From assembly GCA_965237525.1 (NCBI GenBank), contig CBDEFO010000004.1, forward strand, positions 224,001-288,000: a stretch of DNA of 64,000 bases. Direction: 5' to 3'. The position numbers and the translations under genes are program-made. The notes under the pieces were generated by a model. It saw only the letters and a list, made by a program, of their open reading frames with translations. It was not told the origin of the DNA and ran no database searches. Shown piece by piece: positions 54,615 to 64,000 of this stretch. Numbering within the stretch: the first letter of the stretch is position 1; each line of letters starts with the position of its first letter. Origin of the DNA: Candidatus Latescibacterota bacterium (lineage in GTDB: Bacteria; Latescibacterota; CBDEFO01).

Positions 54615-55658
54615 ATGAATATCGAGTTATTGAAGCTATTGTGTGAAACGCCTGGTGTTCCGGGCTACGAGGATAGGATCAGAAAGATCGTAGCAGCCCA
54701 GATGAAGCCCTACGTGGATGAGTTCAGCGTGGACGCATTGGGGAATATTATAGGTATCAAAAGGGGGAAGGAGGACAAGAAGTTTATGATGGCCGCCCAC
54801 ATAGACGAAATAGGCTTCATGGTTAATCACATTGACGACGAAGGCTTCATAAGGGCGGTGCCTCTGGGCGGCTTCGACCCCAAGACCCTCACGGCTCAGA
54901 GGGTGATAGTGCACGGAAGGGAAGATATCATCGGCGTGATGGGGACAAAGCCCATTCACATTATGTCGGAGGAAGAGCGGCAGAAAGCCCCCAAGCTGGA
55001 GGACTATTTCATAGACGTGGGACTCCCCAAAGAGCAGGTCGATAAGCTCATACGAATCGGAGATCCCGTGACCCGTGAGCGCGATTTTGTGGAGATGGGC
55101 AACAACGTCAACTGTAAATCCTTCGACAACAGGATAAGTGTCTTTGTCATGATAGAAGCACTCAAGAAGATAAAGTCCCATAGTGTTGAGGTCTACGCCG
55201 TCGCTTCCACACAGGAGGAGGTGGGACTCAGAGGGGCGCAGGTAGCGGCACAGAGCATAAAGCCCGATATCGGCATTGGTTTGGACGTGACACTTGCCAA
55301 CGATGTGCCAGATTCTAAGGCTTTTGAATCTGTGACCAAGTTGGGGGTGGGAACAGCGATCAAGATTCTGGATTCGAGCGTTGTGTGTAATAGCAGAGTA
55401 GTAGATTTCCTGCGGAACCTTGCGGAAGAACGCAGCATACCGTATCAGATGGAGATACTCCCTCGCGGGGGGACTGACACAGCAGCGATTCAAAGATACG
55501 GTTTGGGCGCGGCAGTCGGATGCATATCGGTTCCCACTCGTTACGTCCATTCTACAATAGAAATGTGCAGCAAAGACGATATCCAGGCGAGTATAGACCT
55601 TCTGGCTGCATTTATCGAGACCTGCCACGAAGGCGATTTCAGTTTGATGCCAGAGTAA
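54615..55658 (+). CDS. M42 family aminopeptidase
   Basis: AHIDEIG, FDNR, QEEVGLRGA, GGTD and RYVHS motifs. Confidence 0.95.
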   Translation: MNIELLKLLCETPGVPGYEDRIRKIVAAQMKPYVDEFSVDALGNIIGIKRGKEDKKFMMAAHIDEIGFMVNHIDDEGFIRAVPLGGFDPKTLTAQRVIVHGREDIIGVMGTKPIHIMSEEERQKAPKLEDYFIDVGLPKEQVDKLIRIGDPVTRERDFVEMGNNVNCKSFDNRISVFVMIEALKKIKSHSVEVYAVASTQEEVGLRGAQVAAQSIKPDIGIGLDVTLANDVPDSKAFESVTKLGVGTAIKILDSSVVCNSRVVDFLRNLAEERSIPYQMEILPRGGTDTAAIQRYGLGAAVGCISVPTRYVHSTIEMCSKDDIQASIDLLAAFIETCHEGDFSLMPE

Positions 55659-55814
55659 GTGGACGGTAGGTAGTAGAGGTTGAATGCCAAATGACATGAG
55701 AGCGCTAGACAGTTGTTAAGTTGTGATTCGGAAAGGTTGCTCTTCTCAAGAATCTGTCAGACATTGGAGTACCTTCTTGGGACGACCTTCTTGCCCCTAC
55801 AACCTGAAATTAAA

Positions 55815-55866
55815 TGTAGGGGCGAGGTTCACTCGCCCCAAGAGCCGCATCACTCTGCCCCTACGA
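55815..55866. repeat. GTAG-type REP-like palindrome
   Basis: TGTAGGGGCGAGGTTCACTCGCCC...GCCCCTACG. Confidence 0.7.
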
Positions 55867-55920
55867 ATACGCACGTGGGGCAAAGCGCCCGGGCCTCTGA
55901 TTTAGATCAATTCTTAACTA

Positions 55921-56538
55921 ATGATAGTTAAATCTCTTTTGGTTGCCCCTCTAGAAGTCAACTGCTATGTGATATACTGTAAGAGAACAAAAGAGGGTGC
56001 CGTGATAGATCCCGGCGGGAGCGTGCCCGATATATTGGATCTGATTGAGAAAGAAGACGTAAACGTGAAGTACATCATCAACACACACGGGCACTTTGAT
56101 CACATAGGAGGAGCACAGGGCCTGCAGAACGCCTTGAAGGTCCCTACGCTTATACACAAAGCAGATATGTTTTTAGTGGAGAATCTATCAGATCAAGCCG
56201 CATTTTTCGGCATCGATGTAGATGCGCCACCCCGGATAGATCGCTTCATCACAGAAGGCGATCACATATCGTTCGGGGATGAAACTTTAAGGGTTCTCCA
56301 CACGCCGGGCCACTCTCCGGGAGGGGTATCTCTTCATACCCCCGGGTTAGTCTTCAGTGGAGATGCCCTCTTTGCCGGTTCAATCGGGAGGACAGACCTA
56401 AAAGGGGGATCGTACCAGACTCTCGTAGATTCAGTGGCCTCTACGCTCCTTACGCTGGATGACGATACCCTTGTCTATCCGGGACACGGTCCGACGACCA
56501 CGATAGGGCAGGAGAAGGCATACAATCCGTTTTTCTGA
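55921..56538 (+). CDS. MBL-fold metallohydrolase (glyoxalase II-like)
   Basis: THGHFDH, TPGHS, GRTDL and PGHG motifs. Confidence 0.93.
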   Translation: MIVKSLLVAPLEVNCYVIYCKRTKEGAVIDPGGSVPDILDLIEKEDVNVKYIINTHGHFDHIGGAQGLQNALKVPTLIHKADMFLVENLSDQAAFFGIDVDAPPRIDRFITEGDHISFGDETLRVLHTPGHSPGGVSLHTPGLVFSGDALFAGSIGRTDLKGGSYQTLVDSVASTLLTLDDDTLVYPGHGPTTTIGQEKAYNPFF

Positions 56539-56568
56539 CGGAAACGTTACTGATATAGTTCCAAGACA

Positions 56569-56814
56569 ATGAAATTCCTTAAGAAGACGCATCTAATTGT
56601 CCTCATCATCGACCTAGTTATGGTAGGCCTGCTCCTTATTATCGGGGATATGTTGAAGAGTTCCCTGGAAGAAAGGCTTGCGGAGAGAAGACAGGCCAAT
56701 TCTCCCTCTTCTCATGTGGAAAGGACAACGGCAACAACTGTTGAGGACTCCTTAGGGGTAAGCTATAAGCTCCAGGACAAGGAGCTTACAGAAGACACAA
56801 ATAGTAAAGAGTGA
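56569..56814 (+). CDS. Small hypothetical membrane-anchored protein
   Basis: 81-aa ORF with one TM segment. Confidence 0.5.
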   Translation: MKFLKKTHLIVLIIDLVMVGLLLIIGDMLKSSLEERLAERRQANSPSSHVERTTATTVEDSLGVSYKLQDKELTEDTNSKE

Positions 56815-56820
56815 TTCTGA

Positions 56821-57231
56821 CTATTCTCCGCTAAAGTTCCTGTAATCTACTACCTTCCATCGGTCGTCGATCAGGCTTGTGTTTATCAAGACGCTCTGGG
56901 CTAAAGGCTTTTCCACACCGCTTTGAATTATAAGCTTGTATATGAACATAATGTTATCGTCACTGACTCTTTTGGTCGTTGTAAGCTCGTATTCTATGTG
57001 AGGTCGGGAATCAAGCGGATCGGCACCCGCTTCTCGAACAGACCGAACTAAATCCAGCTCCTCTATCAACTTTTCCCTTGCAAAACCTGACGTGATCTCA
57101 AGGGCATAAGCTTGGTTTATCTGTACGTAATACCTTCCCATAAACTCCTCGGCTATGTACTCAGAGGTATTTGGGGGTGCACAGGACAGAAGCCAGAGCC
57201 ATATCAGGATAAGTAGACTGCAATACTTCAA
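56821..57231 (-). CDS. Hypothetical lipoprotein
   Basis: Lipobox-like LLSC after a hydrophobic N-terminus. Confidence 0.6.
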   Translation of the reverse strand: MKYCSLLILIWLWLLSCAPPNTSEYIAEEFMGRYYVQINQAYALEITSGFAREKLIEELDLVRSVREAGADPLDSRPHIEYELTTTKRVSDDNIMFIYKLIIQSGVEKPLAQSVLINTSLIDDRWKVVDYRNFSGE

Positions 57232-57793
57232 GGTCGGACTTTCCCACGGATCGGTTCAACAATGGTCTGGAGGTGATGATAAAGATCCCAAATAGTAGAC
57301 AACAAAGAAAGGCGAGAGAAGAATCCTCCCGTCTACTGAACGCTCTCTACCTGATCTGGGTATGAGGAGCAAGTTCTTGATACACAGTTGCCAATATAAG
57401 GGGTTTCAGAGCCGTTGTCAAGCAAGAATAGGTGGCTGCAGAAGATCTGGGGTGGAAAAAGTAGAGGGAGGATTATTGCCCTTTGTCAAAATGTCATCCG
57501 CGAGGGTCTATCTATAGAGCTTGCAGTGGTTACACACGGAAGTGAGCCCTGCACTACATGGAGTGGGCGGCACAACCGCCGTGCAAAGTTGAAACTTCTG
57601 ACAAAGGGCAACAGTCAACTTCTGAAAGCTTCAGAAGGGGGCTTGTGGTTCGACTTTGGTCAAGGGTACTTTGACTGACATCAACGTGCGACACAGCGGG
57701 TAAAGTTGACGGTAGCCCTACTGAACGTTTGGAAGGAGCACAGGAAACTATTTCAACAGAAGGGAGGAAGAAAGTTTCCTCCCCGAAAACATG

Positions 57794-58138
57794 CTAAACT
57801 ACAACTTCCTCTAGGTTAGCAGTGGCCTCTGCCCAAACATCCCGCAGTTCGGTCAATATCCTCAAAGCCGTATCAAAATCGCCCTCCTTGATCGTCCTCA
57901 TGCAAAATTCGTACAGCCTGAAAAGACCGTTCGAGATCTCATCCTGCTTGAAGTCCAAAGACTCTATAAGAGTAATCAAGGTGCCTACGGCATCTTCGGA
58001 GTCCCTCTTCTTGCAGGCCGCAATAATGAGGTCGTACAGAAAGAGTACCAGTTGAGACGGCTCTGTCGGAACTGAACTTTCCGCCAGCCCCTCCGCATCC
58101 GCAGCTTGATTTTCAAAGCCTGAAGTAATCATTCTCAA
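57794..58138 (-). CDS. fliS: Flagellin chaperone FliS
   Basis: P.QLV..LYD, LI.SLDF, L.RLYEFC and ELRDVW motifs; lies directly downstream of flagellin. Confidence 0.8.
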   Translation of the reverse strand: MRMITSGFENQAADAEGLAESSVPTEPSQLVLFLYDLIIAACKKRDSEDAVGTLITLIESLDFKQDEISNGLFRLYEFCMRTIKEGDFDTALRILTELRDVWAEATANLEEVVV

Positions 58139-58183
58139 AGCCTCCTTGTGAAGTCTTCGACGTTAGAAGTCTGTATCGAAGTA

Positions 58184-59409
58184 TTACTGGAATAATGCTA
58201 ATACTGCTTGTGGGGCGGCATTTGCCTGAGCCAGCATAGCTGTAGCTGTCTGTTGCAGTATCTGCAACTTGGTGGCCTCTAACTGCTCAAAGGCAATGTC
58301 AGCATCCAGGATCCTGCTCTTGGCTGCCTCAGTGTTCGTCCGCGCAACTGACAGGGCATCTTCTTTGAACGTCAGCCTGTTGGTAACTGCACCTATGAAG
58401 CTCAAGGCCTTCGAGACATTGTCTATGGCATTGTCGACGTTCTGGATATATGCTGCCGCATTGGAGTTGGTAGCTATGCTGCCGCCATCTGGTTCGTATT
58501 GGATACCGAAGGACGTGGGATTTGAGGTCGCAGACGATAACGCTGAAAAATCTATCGTAAATCCGACACCCGTGTCAAAGACGGCGGGGTTCAATCCCGT
58601 GAAAGCAAGATCTACAGAGGTATCTGTGTCTGATGTTGTGCTGGTGAGTCCATCTGCATCGATATTGACTATAACGCCAGCTGAATCTCTTACCTGGAAC
58701 GTGATAGTACCTGCCCCGGCAGAGTTGGCGGCTACGCTTGTCACTTCCACTGTGTAGAACCCTTCCGTAAGTTCAGTTAAGCCGGAGTTAATGAATGTAG
58801 GGAAGTAGCCACAGCCACAGTTAAACCTTGCGGATCGAAGGTCGTGGCAACATTAGCTGTCGCAGCGCCTACGGTCACGTCGAGCTGACTGGATGTGAAT
58901 CCTGTCGTGTATCCCACCTCAGACGATGTAAGATCGAACGTTATCGAATCGAGAGTTCCAGCTCCCACCTGGAAGGAAAACGGGGCGGTCGTGGTTTTCA
59001 AGATCTCGATGTTGTTGAACAGAGCCTAATCCACCTGGTCGTCAATCTCCGACGCCAACTGCTCTAACTCGTTCTTAAGCGCATTCCTTTCTGCAGTTCC
59101 CAGGATGTCGTTTGCAGCCTGGGTGGCTTTGGCTCTCATCTGTCCCAGGATGTCACTGATGCTCTGGAGGTATCCTTCGGCGATGCTCATCATGTTCTTA
59201 GCGTCGCCTATATTGTTGAGAGATACTCCTAAACTTTCCGCTCTCACCTTCAACTTATTAGCTATGGAGAGCCCTGCAGCGTCGTCGCCAGCAGTGTTGA
59301 TCCTCTTTCCCGTCGCGAGTCTGAGCTGATGGGTGTTCAAACGCCTGTTGAGTTTGTTAAGGGCGTTTAAAGCGTTTAAGGCTGCTATGTTGGTGTTAAT
59401 CCTTGACAT
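58184..59409 (-). pseudogene. fliC: Flagellin with an in-frame TAG (59026-59028) and one frameshift (~58800)
   Basis: RINTNIAAL...RLATGKRIN.A.DDAAG N-terminus and SRILDAD.A.E...KLQILQQ...AMLAQAN..PQ.VL.L C-terminus. Confidence 0.9.
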
Positions 59410-59559
59410 TAGCCATTCCTCCTTAAAGGTTAGATAATATCCCTATTGAATGGGGTGAATTCAGAACTAAAGAGCCCACAAAAAGTATCCAAGATCTTTT
59501 TGTGGAAAGATGATCTCCGAATTTAAGCGCGCCTTACGTTTAGCTACACGCTATTGTCC

Positions 59560-59576
59560 AGCAATTATAGTGCCAA
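59560..59576 (-). promoter_or_regulatory. sigma54 (-24/-12) promoter of flagellin
   Basis: TTGGCACTATAATTGCT matches TGGCAC-N5-TTGC. Confidence 0.8.
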
Positions 59577-59794
59577 GAAGAATATGGCAGATATATTGTT
59601 GTCCATAAGTCATTGTTAATAGTTCTGTTGTATCACAAACAATATAGAAGAATCGTTTTTATCTCCAATGCAAGTTTTTCCCATGATATCTCATGATCTT
59701 AGGAACATTTTTCCCTTTTTTTCTTTACAGTGACCGTTAGTTTTATTTATCATTGAGGATAGAGGGTGGGGAGCCCCTATCCAAAGGAGGACAC

Positions 59795-60175
59795 ATGCCA
59801 ATCTCAAAAGAGCCCACAATAAGAGTCGTAATGCTTCCAAAAGACACCAACAGTGCAGGCACAATCTTCGGAGGAATAATTCTGAGTCATCTGGACTTGG
59901 CCGGGAGTGTAGAGGCAGGAAAGCACGCAAGGAGCAGGTTTGTAACAGTGGCGATGCGGGAAGTAGAATTCATAGCTCCTGTCTATGTCGGAGATGTAGT
60001 CAGCTTCTACACCCAAACGCTGAAGATAGGTAGGACCTCCATAACTGCCCGCGTGGAGGTCCAGGCTGAAAGGATCGAAACGGGAGAAAAGGTGAAGGTT
60101 ACAGAGGCCGAGGTAGTGTATGTCTCGGTAGATGACAGTGGGAGACCAAAGCCGATTAAAGAGGAAGAGTCGTAA
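59795..60175 (+). CDS. Acyl-CoA thioesterase (YciA-like hotdog fold)
   Basis: P.DTN..G.IFGG, F..PV.VGD and GRTS motifs. Confidence 0.92.
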   Translation: MPISKEPTIRVVMLPKDTNSAGTIFGGIILSHLDLAGSVEAGKHARSRFVTVAMREVEFIAPVYVGDVVSFYTQTLKIGRTSITARVEVQAERIETGEKVKVTEAEVVYVSVDDSGRPKPIKEEES

Positions 60176-60206
60176 GTGCTTTTGAACATATAAGGTTTCA
60201 CCGTCC

Positions 60207-60274
60207 CTAATCTCCCCACTCTAATCTGCCCACCCTAAGCTGCGCCCCCTAAGCTGTGCTCCTAATCTTCCCGC
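60207..60274. repeat. Five ~14-nt tandem repeats CTAA(T/G)CT...
   Basis: Units start at 60207, 60221, 60235, 60249 and 60262. Confidence 0.7.
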
Positions 60275-60283
60275 ATTTTCCTA

Positions 60284-60334
60284 TTGACATTTCCATTTTT
60301 TTGTTTATCTTATATTATTGACTAATATGATCAA
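60284..60334 (+). promoter_or_regulatory. sigma70 promoter and Rrf2-type operator-like palindrome upstream of sat
   Basis: TTGACA...TATCTT followed by TTGACTAATATGATCAA. Confidence 0.5.
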
Positions 60335-60397
60335 CATATATATAAATATGCTCCAAGCACCGCAAATCGGTTTCCGCAGGTTATAGTGGAGGAAGGC

Positions 60398-61558
60398 ATG
60401 TCACAGATGAGTCCTCACGGGGGAACTCTGGTAAACAGGATTGCAAACGGAGCCGAAAGGGAAAAGCTACAGGAAAAGGTTGGAGGATTGGTGAGGGTTC
60501 AACTGAACGGGAGACAGGTTTCCGATCTGGAGTTGATAGCTACGGGAGGATTCAGCCCCATTGAGGGCTTTATGAACAGAGCTGACTACGAGAGCGTCGT
60601 TAAGCAGATGAGACTGCAAAATGAACTGCCGTGGACTATTCCGATCACGCTGGCCGTAAACCGGGAAGAAGCCGACGCTCTGAGGGAGGGAACTGACATA
60701 GCTTTGGCGGACCAAGAGGGAATAGTCCTGGGAGTTTTGCATCTGGAGGAGAAGTTTAGGTACAGCAAACAGGACGAGGCCATCTATGTGTATAAGACCG
60801 AAGATCCGGCGCACCCTGGAGTGGCATACCTCTGCAGATCGGGTGACGTACTTTTGGGCGGAAAGGTGACGATCCTTCACCAGCCCAAACACAGGGATTT
60901 CGGATACTACAGATTATATCCGTCAGATATGAGGAAGATATTTCAAGAAAGAGGATGGAGGAGAATTGTAGCATTTCAGACCAGGAATCCGATCCACAGG
61001 GCACACGAATATATCCAAAAGTGCGCTTTAGAGATAGTGGACGGTCTCCTCATTCATCCCCTAGTCGGAGAGACCAAAGCTGACGATATCCCCGCCTGGG
61101 TGAGAATGAAAAGCTATGAGGTGATAATCGCTGAATATTATCCCCAGGACAGAACGCTTCTGGGAGTCTTTCCGGCTGCGATGAGGTACGCAGGGCCAAG
61201 AGAGGCGGTCTTTCACGCCATTGTGAGAAAGAATTACGGGTGCACTCACTTTATTGTCGGAAGGGATCATGCGGGAGTCGGAAACTACTATGGAACGTTC
61301 GACGCCCACTATATTTTTGAGGAATTTGAGCAAAGTGAAATCGGCATTACGCCTATGTTTTTCGATTATACGTTTTACTGCACAAGGTGCGGGAACATGG
61401 CCTCGCCCAGGACGTGTCCGCACGGAGATGATGATCACCTTTCGCTAAGCGGGACAAAGGTGAGAGAGATGTTAGAAGCGGGATTGGCTCCTCCGCCTGA
61501 GTTGACCAGACCTGAGGTTGCACACGTCCTGGTAGAAGGGCTATCAAAAAGGCATTAG
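60398..61558 (+). CDS. sat: Sulfate adenylyltransferase
   Basis: QTRNPIHRAHE, MRYAGPREA and VGRDHAG motifs. Confidence 0.97.
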   Translation: MSQMSPHGGTLVNRIANGAEREKLQEKVGGLVRVQLNGRQVSDLELIATGGFSPIEGFMNRADYESVVKQMRLQNELPWTIPITLAVNREEADALREGTDIALADQEGIVLGVLHLEEKFRYSKQDEAIYVYKTEDPAHPGVAYLCRSGDVLLGGKVTILHQPKHRDFGYYRLYPSDMRKIFQERGWRRIVAFQTRNPIHRAHEYIQKCALEIVDGLLIHPLVGETKADDIPAWVRMKSYEVIIAEYYPQDRTLLGVFPAAMRYAGPREAVFHAIVRKNYGCTHFIVGRDHAGVGNYYGTFDAHYIFEEFEQSEIGITPMFFDYTFYCTRCGNMASPRTCPHGDDDHLSLSGTKVREMLEAGLAPPPELTRPEVAHVLVEGLSKRH

Positions 61559-61793
61559 ACCGCATAGAGGACACCGCCTCCGATGCTCTGAGACTGCTTC
61601 GAGGCGCCGTGGGCGCTTTGACGGGAGTGGGGGCAGCAAAGCACGAAGTGCCCTGGAAATGACTGGTAGTCTGTGCGAACATCCCTTTCTGTCGTTGCCA
61701 GTCGCGGTAGCAGCAAGCCACGAAGTGGGCTAAGGTGCTCGTAGTCAACTGACGGGAGTACATCCTTACCCTACCTATTCTTGGAAGAAGACG

Positions 61794-62045
61794 ATGGATA
61801 AGCGCGTCCGAAACAGTGTGGTAGACACTCATACCAGAAGCATCGCAAAAGCTGTAAGTTGGAGAATATGGGCATCACTGACTACCTCAGTCATTGTGTT
61901 TACCTTTACAAAAGAACTGGCGTTGAGCATCGGAGTGGGTCTTGCAGAAGCGGCTGTAAAAGTAGTGCTTTATTACTTCCATGAGCGCTTATGGGAGAAG
62001 CTGAACTTCGGGAAGAAGATCTATAAAGACAATTACCATATATGA
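61794..62045 (+). CDS. DUF2061 small membrane protein
   Basis: RSIAKAVSWR and YYFHERLW motifs. Confidence 0.85.
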   Translation: MDKRVRNSVVDTHTRSIAKAVSWRIWASLTTSVIVFTFTKELALSIGVGLAEAAVKVVLYYFHERLWEKLNFGKKIYKDNYHI

Positions 62046-62078
62046 GATTGAGTAACCTTTGAACCAAGGAGGACGATA

Positions 62079-62801
62079 GTGAAAAGCGATCTCTTGCAGG
62101 TAGATGTGGAGGAAAAAAATGCCAAATTTGAGTCAAAGACCGCCCTGGAAGTGCTAAAGTGGGCTCTGGATGAATTTCATCCTTATATAGCAACCGCATG
62201 CAGTTTGGGGGCTGAAGATGTGGTCCTGGTGGATATGCTCACCAAATTGAACCCCCGCGCCAGGATTTTTACCCTGGATACGGGGAGGCTGAATCAGGAG
62301 ACCTATGACGTGATGGATACATTAAGAAAGAAATATAACGTCGATTTTGAGGTCTACTTTCCTCACACTGATGCTGTAGAAAAGATGGTCAGAGAAAACG
62401 GAGTCAATCTGTTCTACGAGAGTATAGACTTTAGAAAGTTGTGCTGCGGCATCAGAAAGATCGAGCCTCTAAAGCGAGCCCTTTCCGGGCTTTCGGGATG
62501 GATTACGGGACTAAGAAGAGAACAGTCGGTGACGCGGACTGAACTTGGTAAGGTGGAGCTGGACGAATCACAAGGGGGCATCGTGAAGGTGAATCCGTTG
62601 GCGGACTGGACACAGGAAGACGTCTGGGACTATATAAGAGAGCACGAGGTCCCTTATAATGCCCTGCACGATAGGGGATTCCCGAGCATCGGTTGCGCGC
62701 CGTGCACAAGAGCCATCGAACCCGGAGAAGACGTAAGGGCCGGAAGATGGTGGTGGGAGTCCCCTGAAGAGAAGGAATGCGGCCTGCACGTAAAGAGCTA
62801 A
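62079..62801 (+). CDS. cysH: APS/PAPS reductase (Fe-S, APS-type)
   Basis: LDTGRL, CC..RK, SIGCAPCT and ECGLH motifs. Confidence 0.95.
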   Translation: MKSDLLQVDVEEKNAKFESKTALEVLKWALDEFHPYIATACSLGAEDVVLVDMLTKLNPRARIFTLDTGRLNQETYDVMDTLRKKYNVDFEVYFPHTDAVEKMVRENGVNLFYESIDFRKLCCGIRKIEPLKRALSGLSGWITGLRREQSVTRTELGKVELDESQGGIVKVNPLADWTQEDVWDYIREHEVPYNALHDRGFPSIGCAPCTRAIEPGEDVRAGRWWWESPEEKECGLHVKS

Positions 62802-62930
62802 CGTAAAGGATTGTATTGGGCCGCTCTTACGGTGTGATTAGCGTCTTCGGCAAGGTCATCCAGGGGAACCTAAAAACTTTTCTTTAGTCTTCGGAAAAAT
62901 AGTCTGTGTTGAGAAAATAATCTTCCGACT

Positions 62931-62946
62931 TGTGACACAGATCACA
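62931..62946. promoter_or_regulatory. CRP/FNR-family binding site
   Basis: TGTGACACAGATCACA. Confidence 0.55.
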
Positions 62947-62989
62947 CCTTAATAAATTACGGGCGGGGATGCCTGTCTACTGTCTACTG

Positions 62990-64000
62990 GTTATTTATCA
63001 AATGAAATCGGTGCACTTCTCTTTCGATCTTTGATTGATCTTGAATGATAGGTTTTCGACAATCTTTGGTTTCTGTTCTTTTTCAAAATGGATGTATAAT
63101 TGTTCTTCTTTTAGGTTCCATTCAGCCAGGACAAAGTAGTTGGTGTAAGAGGAGGGAAGAGATACTTTCTCATTTAGGACATCGATAAAGGCTTTATCTG
63201 TCTGTTCTGTGTCCTGTTTGACTTGTCTGATAAAATAGGTCTTAGGAATGAAATCTTTCTCGTTTGACTTCTCTTGCTTAGGTGGACGGTAGCCGGTGTA
63301 TCTCTGTGATGAAAGATTAAACCATTCTAACTTCTGATCAACTTCTTGTAAGCTTTTGAACTGAATTCTGTTCCAGAACTTCCTTGAAAATACAGAATTG
63401 TTGCCTTCTATAGATGCTTGAGAAAAGGGCCTTCTGGGAACGGCAAATATCGGAATCACTTGATTTTTCAAGAGAAACTGCATTGCTTTGCTGACATTCC
63501 TTTTACCTGAAACACTGCCAATAGTCGCCGAGCAATTGTCCACCTTAACGAAATCTGGTTTTTCAAACCTGTCAAAGAAAGACTGACACTTCTCGATAAA
63601 GTTAGTTGCTGTTTGACCGTCAACCCGCCGAAAATACCTTAACTTAGGCTCTTTCTTAAAGGAAAATCCAACGAAGTTGACCGGCTCAGTTCTGCCGGTA
63701 AGATACTTTTTACCAATAAAGTCTGATTCTAGGACTCTGCCTCCTAAAAGATAGTAAATGGTATACTCTGGATAACAAAGATAACGAGATGCACCCTTGT
63801 TTTTACCTTTCTTCCTTCCCTGGGAAAGTCCTAAATCTGAAAGCATTCTGCCGATAGTCGGCAACGACGGAGGAGGGGTGCTAGAATATCGATTCCTCCA
63901 TTTTTGTTCAATAACAGTGGCTCCTGAATAGAACTGATAAGGATCGTCCTCTAAGCTATGGTAAATCTCTTTGATTCTCTGTTCGTCAACTTTAGCCAAT
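62990..64000 (-). mobile_element. Second copy of the integrase-core IS, truncated by the window end
   Basis: Near-identical to 52097-53396, including the right TIR. Confidence 0.88.

Noticed and set aside
54636..55697. 353-aa antisense ORF and similar long shadow ORFs (13603-14445, 25741-26559)
   Set aside because: They lie opposite well-supported genes and have no recognisable motifs.
57636..57660. tmRNA 5' end (GGGGGC...GGTTCGAC)
   Set aside because: No matching T-arm/CCA 3' end or tag reading frame found nearby.
10008..59028. Amber (TAG) recoding suggested by in-frame TAGs in IS copy 2, paralog 2 and flagellin
   Set aside because: They replace different residues (Tyr, Glu, probably Gln), and many intact genes here end in TAG.

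Overview
A 64 kb chromosomal window from a probably uncultured bacterium; the flagellin and FliS resemble FCB-group types (my inference). It is rich in mobile DNA: five copies of a ~1.52 kb IS1182-like element with YTAR 4-bp target duplications, two copies of an unusual integrase-core IS, and many REP-like palindromes. Main gene blocks in order: a cassette-like kinase/phosphotransferase pair separated by an attC-like hairpin; a cytochrome b / subunit IV / octaheme cytochrome c operon with no adjacent Rieske gene; a gene hit twice by the IS; a co-oriented PspA-like, YqiJ-like, flotillin, beta-carbonic-anhydrase-like, TIGR04222 Gly/Cys-tail membrane protein, DUF692 (MNIO) and partner cluster, which is the best candidate for a little-described system; and three tandem diversified secreted beta-propeller-like paralogs. 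The rest holds tRNA-Asp, degP, icd, purL, a xanthine-dehydrogenase-family molybdoenzyme operon, a disrupted sigma54-driven flagellin with fliS, and sat/cysH. Three dispersed origin-like modules, two clearly tied to P4/D5-type primase remnants, share one layout but use different repeat motifs. Many single-base frameshifts in the first 7 kb look like sequencing errors.
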